NCBI GenBank assembly: GCA_046565645.1
Contig: JBKHYD010000066.1
Coordinates: 10,528-74,527 of the forward strand
Direction of reading: 5' to 3'
DNA from: Acidimicrobiia bacterium
Lineage (GTDB): Bacteria; Actinomycetota; Acidimicrobiia; Acidimicrobiales; VFJN01
Length of the DNA stretch: 64,000 bases
Positions 27,210-37,524 of the stretch are shown piece by piece. The translations under genes and the position numbers were made by a program. The notes below the pieces were generated by a model. It was not told the origin of the DNA, searched no databases, and was given only the letters and a program-made list of their open reading frames with translations. The stretch's first letter is position 1. Every line of letters starts with the position of its first letter.

Positions 27210-27241
27210 ACGAGCGCCCCGGCTCCGGCCGGGGCGCTCGT
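27210..27241. terminator. Bidirectional hairpin between convergent genes
   Basis: 13-bp perfect inverted repeat ACGAGCGCCCCGG/CCGGGGCGCTCGT. Confidence 0.65.
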
Positions 27242-27263
27242 GTCGTTCTCGGGGTGCGGGCGG

Positions 27264-27782
27264 TCAGCTGCCGGAGCGGCGGAGCATCACCTGGTCGCTG
27301 GGCCGGACGATGGGTCGGGGCGGCTGGATGTAGCGGACCTTCTCCTCGCGCTCCACGCTCTGCTGCTGGAGGCTGATCACGAGCAGCACGTAGGCGCCGA
27401 AGACGACGTCGACGAGCAGGTGGAGCATCCAGACAGCGCCCCCGAGTGCCAGCGCCAGCACGAAGGTGACGCCCACGGCCCCCAGGAGGGTGAGGAACAC
27501 GTCGCGACGGCGACGGCGGGCCTCGGCCCGGCGCATGGCGGCGGCGGAGGGGGCGGCAGGGCGCCGGGCCGTCACGCGGTGCTGGTCGTGGCGGGCGACG
27601 TCGAGCCGGGTCACGTTGGCGGCCCGGCCCCCGGGCGTGGTGCGCTCCAGCACCGACAGCTGGCTGCGGAAGGTGGCGATCGAGTCGCCAGGGCGGGTCT
27701 CCCGCCGGTTCTGCAGGTAGGGGGGCACGAGCACTGCGGCCCAGATGGCCGCCAAGATCACGAGTACGAGCACGGTGGTCAC
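27264..27782 (-). CDS. Membrane protein, GlpR/SepX-like
   Basis: N-terminal TM ending WAAVLVP, DSIATF...LSVL, RRRRR before a TM pair; lies between the moeA cluster and tRNA-Ala. Confidence 0.65.
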   Translation of the reverse strand: MTTVLVLVILAAIWAAVLVPPYLQNRRETRPGDSIATFRSQLSVLERTTPGGRAANVTRLDVARHDQHRVTARRPAAPSAAAMRRAEARRRRRDVFLTLLGAVGVTFVLALALGGAVWMLHLLVDVVFGAYVLLVISLQQQSVEREEKVRYIQPPRPIVRPSDQVMLRRSGS

Positions 27783-28005
27783 GCTCCGTTGCCGTCCTTC
27801 ACGTGTTGAGGACCGTACCTGGCGCCTCGTGCGCATCCGCGGATGCTCGGCCGGCCGGGTGGCCCGGTGGGGTGGGTCACCGACCATGACGGTCGGCTGA
27901 AGATCATTACGGTTCTACTACGAACGTATCGATACGACCAGGGGCCTGCAAACTCCTGCAAGCACCGTCGGCGCGACGCGACGCCCCGCCAAAGCCCGGG
28001 CCGGG

Positions 28006-28512
<507 letters not shown>

Positions 28513-28552
28513 GGCCCGAGCCTACTCCTGGGGCTCGGCCCGGGATCGTCCG

Positions 28553-29572
28553 TCAGCCACCGATCTGGCTCATGGACCGCCCGGGCCGCACGAAGTGGAC
28601 CTGGTTGATGGCGTGGCCCGCCCACTTCGCCGCCACGCACGCCTCGATGGCGGCGGACAGGTCGTCGTCGGAGCCGCCGCTCCGGAGCAGCCCCCGCAGG
28701 TCGTGGTCCTCCAAGGAGAACAGGCAGCTGCGGAGCTGGCCGTCGGCGGTGAGGCGGAGCCGATCGCACTGGTCGCAGAACGGGCGCGTCACGCTGGGGA
28801 TCACGCCCACCTCGCCCCGTCCGTCGAGGTAGCGGAACCGCTCGGCGGGCTCGTGGCCCCGCCTGACCGGCTCGAGGGGGAAGGCCGTGGTGATCCGCTC
28901 GAGGATCTCGGCCTGGGTGACGACCTGCTCGTTGCGCCAGGCGCCGCCGCCGTCGAGGGGCATCCACTCGATGAACCGCACCGTGACGCCCCGGTCACGA
29001 CCGAAGGCGGCGAGGTCCACCACCTCGTCGTCGTTCACGCCCCGCATCACCACCACGTTGACCTTGACCGGGGTGAGCCCGGCCGCGAGCGCGGCGTCGA
29101 TCCCGGCGAGGACGGCGCCGAGCTCGTCACGACGGGTCAAGGCCTCGAAGCGCTCGGGTCGAAGGGAGTCCAGCGAGACGTTGACCCGGCGCAGCCCGGC
29201 CTCGGCGAGGGCGGGCGCCACTGCGGCGAGGGTGGCGCCGTTGGTGGTGAGCGCGAGGTCGACGGGCAGCGGGGCCAGCTTGGCGACCAGGACCGGGAGG
29301 TGGGCGCGCACCGTGGGTTCGCCGCCGGTGAGGCGGATGGAGCGGATCCCGTGGCGCTCCACCAGCAGCCGGCCGAGCCGCTCGAGCTCCTCGAAGGTGA
29401 GCACCTCGCTGCGGGGCAGCCAGGTGAGGCCCTCCTCGGGCATGCAGTAGGTGCACCGGAAGCTGCACCGGTCCGTCACCGAGATGCGCAGGTCCCGGTG
29501 GACCCGCCCGTAGGAGTCGACCAGCGGGCGCGGCACTCGCACAGGTGCGTCGCTCGCGCTGGTTCCCGGCAT
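28553..29572 (-). CDS. moaA: GTP 3',8-cyclase
   Basis: CSFRCTYC, TGGEP, FCDQCDRLR..C and C-terminal MSQIGG. Confidence 0.97.
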   Translation of the reverse strand: MPGTSASDAPVRVPRPLVDSYGRVHRDLRISVTDRCSFRCTYCMPEEGLTWLPRSEVLTFEELERLGRLLVERHGIRSIRLTGGEPTVRAHLPVLVAKLAPLPVDLALTTNGATLAAVAPALAEAGLRRVNVSLDSLRPERFEALTRRDELGAVLAGIDAALAAGLTPVKVNVVVMRGVNDDEVVDLAAFGRDRGVTVRFIEWMPLDGGGAWRNEQVVTQAEILERITTAFPLEPVRRGHEPAERFRYLDGRGEVGVIPSVTRPFCDQCDRLRLTADGQLRSCLFSLEDHDLRGLLRSGGSDDDLSAAIEACVAAKWAGHAINQVHFVRPGRSMSQIGG

Positions 29573-29600
29573 GGCGCCAGCGTAGGGGGACGCGACGAGC

Positions 29601-30833
29601 TCAGGGCTCGCGCTGGAGGAGCACCTGCACGGGAGCGCCGGCCGGCAGGCCCTCGCCGTCGGGGAGGAGGGCGAGCCCGTGGGCGCGCGCCATGCCGGTG
29701 AGCTGGTGGGATCCCTGCCCGCCCGCCGAGCGCACGACGAGCGCGCCGTCGGCGGTGCGCTCCCCCACCACCCGGACGAGGTGGAGCTTGCCGTCGGGCT
29801 GTCGGTGGAGCGGCTCGGCGAGGTTGGCGGCCACGGGGTGGCGGCGCCAGCGGGCCTCGGGGTGGCCGGCCAGGCGGCGCAGGGCCGGGCGGGCGAGGAG
29901 CTCGTAGGAGACCATCGAGGACACCGGGTTGCCGGGGAGACCGAACACCGGCGTGCCGTCGCCCACGGTGCCGAACGCGAACGGCTTGGCCGGCCTGATG
30001 GCGATCTGCATCCACCGCATCTCGCCCAGCCGGTCGAGGACCACCTTGACGAGGTCGAGGTCGCCCATCGACACCCCGCCGCTCGTGAGGAGGGCGTCGC
30101 AGCTCGCCGCGCCCTGCTCGAGGGCGCCGACGATGGCGGCCTCGTCGTCGGGCACCACACCCAGGTCGACGGGTTCGAAGCCGTCCTCGGCCAGCAGGGC
30201 GAGGAGGGTCGGTCCGTTCGACTCGCGGATCTGCCCGGCCTGCAGCGCCCCGCCTCCGCGCACGAGCTCGTCGCCCGTGGACAGCACCCCCACGAGGGGG
30301 CGCCGGTGCACGGGCACCTCGGTGACCCCGATGGTCGCCAGGACCCCCAGGTGACCGGGTGTGAGCTGCTCGCCCCGCGAGACCACGACGTCGCCGACCC
30401 GCACGTCGTCGGCAGCGGGGCGGACGTGGTCACCCGGGCGAGCCGGGTGGGTGATGGCGACGGCGGCGCCATCGCCCAGGCGCTCCGTCCGCTCCACCAT
30501 GACGATGGCGTCGGCCCCATCGGGCATCGGCGCCCCGGTGAAGATCCGCATGGCCTCGCCCGCCCGCAGCGCCCGGGGGGCGGGGTGCCCGGCCGCCACC
30601 TCGGCCACCACAGGCAGCCGCACCGGGGAGCCCGCCGACGCGCCCGCCACGTCAGCCGCCACCACCGCGTACCCGTCCATGGCCGACCCGGCGAACGGCG
30701 GCACCGCCTCCGCCGCCACCACCTCGTCAGCCAGCACCATCCCCCGCGCCTCGCCGATCGGAACCCGCACCGGAGGAAGCACCCCCACCCGGCCCAGCAC
30801 GTGTTCCTGGGCCTCGGCCAGCGGGATCAGCAC
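29601..30833 (-). CDS. moeA: Molybdopterin molybdotransferase (gephyrin-like Glp)
   Basis: SAMDGYA, IFTGAP, STGDE, SGGVSMG and LPGNP motifs. Confidence 0.96.
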   Translation of the reverse strand: MLIPLAEAQEHVLGRVGVLPPVRVPIGEARGMVLADEVVAAEAVPPFAGSAMDGYAVVAADVAGASAGSPVRLPVVAEVAAGHPAPRALRAGEAMRIFTGAPMPDGADAIVMVERTERLGDGAAVAITHPARPGDHVRPAADDVRVGDVVVSRGEQLTPGHLGVLATIGVTEVPVHRRPLVGVLSTGDELVRGGGALQAGQIRESNGPTLLALLAEDGFEPVDLGVVPDDEAAIVGALEQGAASCDALLTSGGVSMGDLDLVKVVLDRLGEMRWMQIAIRPAKPFAFGTVGDGTPVFGLPGNPVSSMVSYELLARPALRRLAGHPEARWRRHPVAANLAEPLHRQPDGKLHLVRVVGERTADGALVVRSAGGQGSHQLTGMARAHGLALLPDGEGLPAGAPVQVLLQREP

Positions 30834-30914
30834 GCACCGATCCTAGGAACCCTCGCCGCGCCCGGCGCGCGGCGTCGGGGCGGCCGGCGCCGCAGCACGA
30901 GCGGGGATCTCGCA

Positions 30915-31112
30915 CGAGGCGGAGCAAACCGAGCGCCGGCGGGGGGTGCGGGGGGCGGAGGCTCCGCCGGAGCCCCCTGCCGTGGCGAAGGGCGGCTCCG
31001 CCGCCCGCAGCCGACAAGGGCTCAGCGCGGCGGCGCAGCCGCCGCACGAGACAGCTCGATTCCGAAGCTCCGCTTCGGGATCGAGGACCGAAGCTCCGCT
31101 TCGGGATCGAGG
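30915..31112. repeat. Intergenic cluster of GC-GNA-GC mini-hairpins with a tandem duplication
   Basis: Hairpins GGGCGGC-TCC-GCCGCCC and GCGGCGGC-GCA-GCCGCCGC; CCGAAGCTCCGCTTCGGGATCGAGG occurs twice (31062-31086, 31088-31112). Confidence 0.75.
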
Positions 31113-31114
31113 GA

Positions 31115-31996
31115 TCACACGATCCCCTGCTCCTTGACGTAGCGGGAGAGCCAGTCGCGGAACTCGGGGCCGAGGTCCTCGCGGGCCAGGGCCAGCTCGA
31201 CGGTGGCCCGGAGGTAGTCGAGCTTGTCGCCCACGTCGTAGCGCCCGGCGACGAAGGTGTACCCGAGCACCTCCTCGACCTGGAGGAGGAGCCCGATGGC
31301 GTCGGTGAGCTGGATCTCACCACCCCGGCCCGGGGACGTCCGCTCGAGGGCGTCGAAGATCCCGGGGGTGAACACATACCGGCCGAGCACGGCGTAGGAG
31401 GACGGCGCCTCCTCCGCGGTGGGCTTCTCGACGATGCCCTTGATCCGCAGGAGTCGCTCGCCGGCGGGCTCGTGGTCGACGCAGCCGTAGAGGGAGATCT
31501 GCTCGGGGGGGAACTCCTTGCACGACAGGACCGAGGACCCGGTGCGCTCGTGGACGGCGATCATCTCGCTGAGCACGGCCGAGCGGTCGACCATGATGTC
31601 GTCCCCGAGGAGGACCACGAAGGGGTCGTTGCCGACGTGGCGGCGGGCCACGGAGACGGCGTGACCGAGGCCGAGCGGCTCCCCTTGGCGCACGTAGTGG
31701 ATCTGGACCAGGTCAGCCAGGCGGCGGACCTCGGCCAGCTCCTCCTCCTTGCCCTTCGAGCGCAGCTCCTGCTCGAGCTCGACGCTGCGGTCGAAGTGGT
31801 CCTCGAGGCTGCGCTTGCCCCGCCCGGTGATGATGAGGATGTCGTCGATGCCGGCGCCCACCGCCTCCTCGACGACGTACTGGATGGCCGGCTTGTCGAC
31901 GACCGGCAGCATCTCCTTGGGCTGCGCCTTGGTGGCGGGCAGGAACCGGGTGCCCAGCCCGGCTGCGGGGATGACGGCCTTGCGGACGCGGGTCAT
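31115..31996 (-). CDS. galU: UTP-glucose-1-phosphate uridylyltransferase
   Basis: PAAGLGTRFLPATKAQPKEMLP, LGLGHAV, VEKP and GEIQLTDA motifs. Confidence 0.97.
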   Translation of the reverse strand: MTRVRKAVIPAAGLGTRFLPATKAQPKEMLPVVDKPAIQYVVEEAVGAGIDDILIITGRGKRSLEDHFDRSVELEQELRSKGKEEELAEVRRLADLVQIHYVRQGEPLGLGHAVSVARRHVGNDPFVVLLGDDIMVDRSAVLSEMIAVHERTGSSVLSCKEFPPEQISLYGCVDHEPAGERLLRIKGIVEKPTAEEAPSSYAVLGRYVFTPGIFDALERTSPGRGGEIQLTDAIGLLLQVEEVLGYTFVAGRYDVGDKLDYLRATVELALAREDLGPEFRDWLSRYVKEQGIV

Positions 31997-32005
31997 CGGG
32001 CCAGG

Positions 32006-32611
32006 CTAACGATCGGCCGGGGGCCGCCTGCGACCGGCGGGCAGGGACGGCTCCTCCCCTCGGCGGATGCGTCCGAGGTTGTCCCGGTGGCGCACCACCA
32101 CGAGCGCCCCACAGGCGGCGAACGCCGCCACCTCCGGGACGGGGCGCCCGGCCACCGCCGATGCGACGGGGAGGCCGACCGCGATCGTGATGGATGCCTT
32201 CGACGCCGTGCCGGTGGCCTTCGCGGTGACCGCCCAGAGGACCGCCAGCCCGGCGGCGACCGTCGGGACCAGCACGGCGGCCATCCCGGCGGCGGTGGCC
32301 ACGCCCTTGCCGCCCCGGAACCGCCGGGTCACGGGCGCCACGTGGCCGAGGGCGGCCGCCAGCCCGCAGGCGACCCCGACGCCCCGCCCGGCGAGGAGCC
32401 CCACCCCAGCCGCCACCGCCCCCTTGCCGAGGTCGCCGAGGAGCACGGCCGCCCCCGCCCTCCGGCCCATCGTGCGCAGGGCGTTCGAGGCGCCCGGGTT
32501 GCCGGACCCCTCGGCGGTGACGTCTCGGCCTCGGCGGCGGCCCACGAGGATGGCGGTGGGGAAGGTGCCGAGCAGGTAGGCGGGCACGACGAGGGTCCAG
32601 CCGAGCTCCAC
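32006..32611 (-). CDS. plsY: Glycerol-3-phosphate acyltransferase
   Basis: YLLG, GSGNPGASN, DLGKG, GH, FRGGKGVAT and RHRDN motifs. Confidence 0.93.
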   Translation of the reverse strand: MELGWTLVVPAYLLGTFPTAILVGRRRGRDVTAEGSGNPGASNALRTMGRRAGAAVLLGDLGKGAVAAGVGLLAGRGVGVACGLAAALGHVAPVTRRFRGGKGVATAAGMAAVLVPTVAAGLAVLWAVTAKATGTASKASITIAVGLPVASAVAGRPVPEVAAFAACGALVVVRHRDNLGRIRRGEEPSLPAGRRRPPADR

Positions 32612-32665
32612 GCCTGCGGAGGGTAGGGCCGCCGCCGTGGCGCCGTGAACCGGCCGGCCGCTAGC

Positions 32666-32692
32666 CTGGCACTCGCCGGTCGAGAGTGCTAA
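32666..32692. promoter_or_regulatory. CIRCE element (HrcA operator) overlapping a TAGCCT -10
   Basis: CTGGCACTC-N9-GAGTGCTAA against the consensus TTAGCACTC-N9-GAGTGCTAA. Confidence 0.9.
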
Positions 32693-32762
32693 CGACGGCG
32701 ACGGAACCAGCGCCGGGTGGCCGAGCCGCTCCTGCCACCCTGAGAGCGACACGGAGGACGCA

Positions 32763-33080
32763 GTGCCCACCTACGAGTACCGCTGCCGGGAGTGCGGACA
32801 CGAGCTCGAGGCCGTGCAGGCCTTCACCGACGACCCGCTGACCACCTGCCCGGCCTGCGGAGCGGAGACGTTGCGGAAGGTCTTCGGCTCGGTGGGGATC
32901 TCGTTCAAGGGGAGCGGCTTCTACAAGACCGACAGCCGCGGCTCGTCCTCGACCTCGCCGTCGACCTCCTCCACCTCGTCGGAGTCGTCGTCCTCCGACA
33001 GCGGCACGAGCTCGACCGGCGGCTCGGGCGACTCCAGCAGCGCCACCACCTCCAGCTCCAGCGAGGCCAAGACCGCCTGA
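32763..33080 (+). CDS. FmdB-family zinc-ribbon protein with Ser-rich tail (Rv0991c/Ruc-like)
   Basis: MPTYEYRC..C, CPAC, FKGSGFY.TD, then a disordered S/T tail. Confidence 0.93.
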   Translation: MPTYEYRCRECGHELEAVQAFTDDPLTTCPACGAETLRKVFGSVGISFKGSGFYKTDSRGSSSTSPSTSSTSSESSSSDSGTSSTGGSGDSSSATTSSSSEAKTA

Positions 33081-33175
33081 CCCCGTGCCAGGTGGGCCTG
33101 TCCCGGCCCACGCCGGCTGGGTAGGTTCGACGTCGGCTTCCCCCTCCCGTCGCCTCACCGTTCAGGAGGCGCGCT

Positions 33176-33841
33176 GTGCTGCGCCCGAAGCCGCCCCCCG
33201 TCCTCCCCCGCCGTCGGCCGCGGCCCCTGCTCGTGCTGCGCCGCCACCCGCGCCTGTGGTGGCTGGTCGCCGCCGCCTCGGCCCTCGCCGCGGGACTGCT
33301 CACGTCGTCGGTCGTGGCCCGGGCCGAGGCCGCCCGTCGAGCCTGGGGGGACACCGTCGCCGTGGTCGTCGCCACGCGCGACCTGGCTCCCGGAGACCGG
33401 CTCGGCACCGGCGCCCTGACCATCGAGCACCGCCCCCTGGCCGCGGTCCCCCGCTCGGCGCTGACCGCACTCCCCCGGGACCGGGTGGCGGCCTCGACGA
33501 TCGTGGCCGGCGAGGTGCTGGTCGCCGAGCGGGTGGCCGGCGAGGGCGTCGACGGGGCGGCGGCGCTGCTCCCGCCCGGCATGCGGGCCATGGCGATCCC
33601 GGCCGACCCGTCCGTCACCCCTCCGGTCGCGGTGGGCGACCGGGTCGACCTGGTGGTGGCCCTGGTGGCGCCCGCCGAGGGGTCGGGGTCGCCCCCGGGC
33701 TTCACCCTCGTGGCCGACGCCGTCGTGGTGGCGGTGGCGGAGGCGGCGGTGACCGTGGCCGTCCCCCGGGACGACACCTCCCGAGTGGCCGTTGCGCTCG
33801 GGGCCGGGGCCGTAACCCTCGCCCTCGTGGGAGGTGCGTGA
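33176..33841 (+). CDS. SAF/RcpC-CpaB domain membrane protein (Rv0990c-like)
   Basis: TM helix, VVVATRDLAPG, PGMRAMAI and GDRVDL motifs. Confidence 0.8.
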   Translation: MLRPKPPPVLPRRRPRPLLVLRRHPRLWWLVAAASALAAGLLTSSVVARAEAARRAWGDTVAVVVATRDLAPGDRLGTGALTIEHRPLAAVPRSALTALPRDRVAASTIVAGEVLVAERVAGEGVDGAAALLPPGMRAMAIPADPSVTPPVAVGDRVDLVVALVAPAEGSGSPPGFTLVADAVVVAVAEAAVTVAVPRDDTSRVAVALGAGAVTLALVGGA

Positions 33842-33860
33842 GGGCGGGCGCCCGAGCCGC

Positions 33861-34679
33861 CTACCGGATGGCGTAGAGGGCGAGGAAGAAGATCCCGGCG
33901 AGCACGCGGTAGACGACGAAGGGCGTGAAGGTGCGGGTGCGGATGAGCTTCAACGTGCCCCACACGGCCAGCCAGCCGGTGATGCCCGAGGCCAGGATGC
34001 CCCACAGGAAGGGAGCGACGAAGTCGTCGGGGATCCCGCCCTCCGACGCCACGTCGACCGCCTTGTACACGAGGGCTCCGGCGGTGATGGGCAGGCTCAT
34101 GAGGAAGGCGAACCGGGCGGCGCCGTCTCTCCCGAGGCCCACCAGCCGGCCGGCCGTCATCGTGACCCCCGACCGCGAGACGCCCGGCTGGAGGGCCACG
34201 GCCTGGCCCACGCCCATGACGAGCGCGTCGCGCAACCGGACCTCCTCCACCGTGCGGGTCCCCGGCGCCCGGTCGGCCCAGGCCAGCACGAGCCCGAACA
34301 CGATGAGCATCGTGGCGATCAGCCAGATGTAGCCGGTCTTCTCCTCGATGACGTCGGCGAAGAGGGCGCCCGTGACGGCGGCCGGGACCGTCGAGGCGAC
34401 GAGGAACCAGGCGAGGCGCCCGTCGGTGGTCGACAGCGCGCCGCGGCGCAGCCCGGCCCTCGTGTAGCGGACGACGTCGCCCCGGAAGTAGGCCAGGGCT
34501 CCGATGAGCGTGCCGAGGTGGAGGGCCACGTCGAAGGTCTTCTGGAGGTGCTCCTGACCGGTGAAGTCGTCCCAGCCGAAGAGCCACGGGACGAGCCGCA
34601 GGTGGCCGCTCGAGGAGATGGGCAGGAACTCCGACAGGCCCTGGGTGATGCCCAGGACGATGGCGTGGAGGATCGGCAT
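33861..34679 (-). CDS. uppP: Undecaprenyl-diphosphate phosphatase
   Basis: QGLSEFLPISSSGH, HLGT, PGVSRSG and YR motifs. Confidence 0.96.
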   Translation of the reverse strand: MPILHAIVLGITQGLSEFLPISSSGHLRLVPWLFGWDDFTGQEHLQKTFDVALHLGTLIGALAYFRGDVVRYTRAGLRRGALSTTDGRLAWFLVASTVPAAVTGALFADVIEEKTGYIWLIATMLIVFGLVLAWADRAPGTRTVEEVRLRDALVMGVGQAVALQPGVSRSGVTMTAGRLVGLGRDGAARFAFLMSLPITAGALVYKAVDVASEGGIPDDFVAPFLWGILASGITGWLAVWGTLKLIRTRTFTPFVVYRVLAGIFFLALYAIR

Positions 34680-34699
34680 GGAGCCGGCGACGGTACCGG

Positions 34700-36061
34700 C
34701 TACTGGCCGGAGAGGGCCACGTCGGGGATGACGAGCGTGACCCCGCCCGTGCCCTCGGGCAGCCACTCCAGGTCGGCGCCGACGGCCGAGATGTCGAGCA
34801 GCAGGCGCTGCAGCGTGGAGGCGATGGTGGCCTCCCGGATGGGCTCGGCCAGGGCGCCGTCGCGGACCATCAGGCCCTCGACGCCGACCGAGAAGTCGCC
34901 CGACACGGGGTTCACCCCCGAGTGCAGGCCTGCCATCGAGGTGACGAGCAGGCCCGTGCCCACGCCGGCCACCAGCTCCTCGTGGGTGCCCGAGCCCGGG
35001 GCCACTGCCAGCGCGGCCGCCGACACGCCGGGCGTGGAGGACACGCCGCGGGCGGCCGAGCCGGTGGAGGCGGTGCCCGATCGGCGGCCGGTGTAGGTGT
35101 TCTGGAGGAACCCCTGCAGCACGCCGTCACGGACGAGCTCGTTGCGGCGCCGGGCCAGGCCCTCGCCGTCGTAGGTGTCGGCCCCGAGGCTGCGAGGGTC
35201 GGTGGGGTCGTCCACGAAGGTGAGCTCCGGCGAGGCGATGGCCTCCCCCACCCGGTCGCCGAAGGGGGACCGGCCCTTCAGCACCGCGTCGCCGCTGAGC
35301 ATGCCGCCGACGAGCCCGAGGATCGTGGCCGTCATGCGGGGCTCGAGGACCAGCGTGACCCGCTGGGTGGGGGGCTTGGTGGAGCCGAGGAGCCGGGTGG
35401 AGCGGAGCACGGCGTCGTCGGCCGCCTCGTCTACGGACAGGTCGGCGAGCTCCCGCCCCACGGAGAGCCCGCCCGCGATCTGGGTCTCGCCGTTTTGGGT
35501 GGCGAGGGCCTGGACCATGAGGTAGCTGGTCCCGGAGCGGTCCCACACCTGGATGCCGGTGCTGGTGGCCACCGCCGCCTCGCCGAGGGCGTCGCTGTAC
35601 ATGGCGACCCGCACGCCCTTGACGCGCCGGTCCCGACCGGTCGTGGCCCGCTCGAGGTCGAGGGCGAGCGACACCTTCTCGGCGGTGGGCACGTCGGGCA
35701 GGCCCTTGGGCCACAGGTCGAGCGGGATCGGCTCGACGCCGTCGGGCACGGCCAGCCCGTTGAACTCGTCCGGCTCGCCGTAGCGAGCGTTGTCCCTCGC
35801 CTCCTCGAGCGCCTCCGCGACGACGTGCTCCTCGAGGGTGCCCGCGTAGGCGAAGCCCTCCCGGTGGTCGACCACGACCCGGACGCCGACCCCGGAGGAC
35901 GAGGCCTGGGTGAGGGACTCGACCTCGCCTCCGTAGGCCCGCACGGTGGTGCTCGTGCTGCGGGCCACGAAGGCCTCGACCTGCTCGCCCGGGCGGGCCT
36001 GGTCGGCCACGCGGACGGCGAGGTCGAGGAGGTCGTGGTCGCCGGGCTCGGCGGCCGGCAT
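34700..36061 (-). CDS. pmbA: TldE/PmbA family protein
   Basis: DGEG, NPVSGDFS; no HExxH; coupled to tldD. Confidence 0.9.
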   Translation of the reverse strand: MPAAEPGDHDLLDLAVRVADQARPGEQVEAFVARSTSTTVRAYGGEVESLTQASSSGVGVRVVVDHREGFAYAGTLEEHVVAEALEEARDNARYGEPDEFNGLAVPDGVEPIPLDLWPKGLPDVPTAEKVSLALDLERATTGRDRRVKGVRVAMYSDALGEAAVATSTGIQVWDRSGTSYLMVQALATQNGETQIAGGLSVGRELADLSVDEAADDAVLRSTRLLGSTKPPTQRVTLVLEPRMTATILGLVGGMLSGDAVLKGRSPFGDRVGEAIASPELTFVDDPTDPRSLGADTYDGEGLARRRNELVRDGVLQGFLQNTYTGRRSGTASTGSAARGVSSTPGVSAAALAVAPGSGTHEELVAGVGTGLLVTSMAGLHSGVNPVSGDFSVGVEGLMVRDGALAEPIREATIASTLQRLLLDISAVGADLEWLPEGTGGVTLVIPDVALSGQ

Positions 36062-37449
36062 CAGGCGGTGCCGCCGACGGTGAGCGCCGGGACCCGCAGC
36101 GTGGGCACGCCGTCGCCCACCGGGACGCCCTGGCCGTCCTTGCCGCACATGCCGGGGCTGCCCATGGCGAAGTCGTCGCCCACGGCGTCGATCGAACCGA
36201 GCACGGCCGGGCCGTTGCCGATGAGGTTGCCCTCGCGGATCGGCTCGGTGATCCGGCCGTCCTCGATGAGGTACGCCTCGGTCATGCCGAAGACGAAGTC
36301 GCCGGTGGCGGTGTTGACCTGCCCGCCGCCCAGGTGGGCCACGTAGACGCCCCTCGGGGTGGAGGCCACGATGTCGTCCGGGTCGTCCGGGCCGGCCAGC
36401 ACGTAGGTGTTGGTCATCCGCACCATCGGCAGGTGCTTGTAGCTCTGGCGGCGACCGTTGCCGGAGCGGGCCCGGCCCTCCTTGCGGGAGCGCAGCAGGT
36501 CCCACATGTAGTCGGTGAGGATGCCGTCCTCGATGAGAACGTTGCGCTGGGCCACGGAGCCCTCGTCGTCCACGGCGATGGCACCCCACTCCTCGGCCAT
36601 GGTCCCGTCGTCGACCAGCGTGATCCTCGGGTCGGCCACCCGCTCGCCGATCCGGCCGGCGAAGACGGACGCGCCCTTGGCGACGAGGTCCGCCTCGAGG
36701 CCGTGCCCGCAGGCCTCGTGGAACAGCACCCCGCCGCCGCCGGGGCCGATGACGACGGGCATGGTGCCCGAGGGGGCGGGGCGGGCGGCCAGCTTGAGCA
36801 GCGCCCGCTCGGCCGCCTCGCGACCGAGGTCCTCGACGTCGTAGCGGTCGAACAGCTCGAAGCCGACGGTGCGACCGAGGGACTGGTACCCGGTCTGCAT
36901 CCCGGTGTCACCCGACGCCACGGCCATGACCGACAGCAGGGTGCGGACCTGGTCGTCCTCGGTGAGCAGGCCGTCGCTGTTGGCGACGAGGATTCGCCGG
37001 CGGCTGTCGCCGTAGCGGGCGGTCACCTGGGAGATCGCCGCCCCCGCGGCGCGGGCGGCACCGTCGGCCCGGCGGAGGAGCTCGACCTTCGTGCCCTTCC
37101 CGACCGTCTCGGGAAGGATGGCGATGTCGTTCGGACGAGGGGCCTCCACCCGGGTGAGCGCCACCTCCTTCACGCCTCCGCCCCCCGAGCGGGCGGCCGC
37201 CGCAGCGGCCTCGGCGGCCTCGGCCAGGCCGGCCGCCGACAGGTCCGCCGTGTGGGCGAAGCCGGTGGTGTCGCCGACGATGACACGGATCCCGGCCCCC
37301 CGGTCGCGACCGGACGTGAGGTGCTCGACCTTGCCGTCGTCGAGCACCGCGTTCGAGGACGCCTTGTCCTCCACGAAGATCTCGGCTAGGTCGCCCCCGG
37401 TGCGCAGCGCCGCTCCGAGGGTCTGCTGGATCAGGTCGTGGTCGAGCAC
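36061..37449 (-). CDS. tldD: TldD metalloprotease
   Basis: HEACGHGLE, DDEG, GNGRRQSY, RMTNT and CGKDGQ motifs. Confidence 0.95.
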   Translation of the reverse strand: MLDHDLIQQTLGAALRTGGDLAEIFVEDKASSNAVLDDGKVEHLTSGRDRGAGIRVIVGDTTGFAHTADLSAAGLAEAAEAAAAAARSGGGGVKEVALTRVEAPRPNDIAILPETVGKGTKVELLRRADGAARAAGAAISQVTARYGDSRRRILVANSDGLLTEDDQVRTLLSVMAVASGDTGMQTGYQSLGRTVGFELFDRYDVEDLGREAAERALLKLAARPAPSGTMPVVIGPGGGGVLFHEACGHGLEADLVAKGASVFAGRIGERVADPRITLVDDGTMAEEWGAIAVDDEGSVAQRNVLIEDGILTDYMWDLLRSRKEGRARSGNGRRQSYKHLPMVRMTNTYVLAGPDDPDDIVASTPRGVYVAHLGGGQVNTATGDFVFGMTEAYLIEDGRITEPIREGNLIGNGPAVLGSIDAVGDDFAMGSPGMCGKDGQGVPVGDGVPTLRVPALTVGGTA

Positions 37450-37524
37450 GCGACTCCTTCGAGGGGCAGACGGCGGGCCCCGGGCCTTTGACCCGGCCTC
37501 CGGGGTGAGGCATATCGTACCCGG

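Noticed and set aside
31062-31112. Mini-CRISPR from the 25-nt palindromic direct repeat
   Set aside because: Only two copies separated by 1 nt, with no spacer and no cas genes.
30846-31114. Moco riboswitch upstream of moeA
   Set aside because: moeA has a TAGGAT -10 six nt from its start (leaderless), so the structure lies outside that transcript. I could not recognise the Moco motif.
32940-33065. Low-complexity TCG/TCC repeats
   Set aside because: They encode the ordinary Ser-rich tail of the FmdB-family protein.
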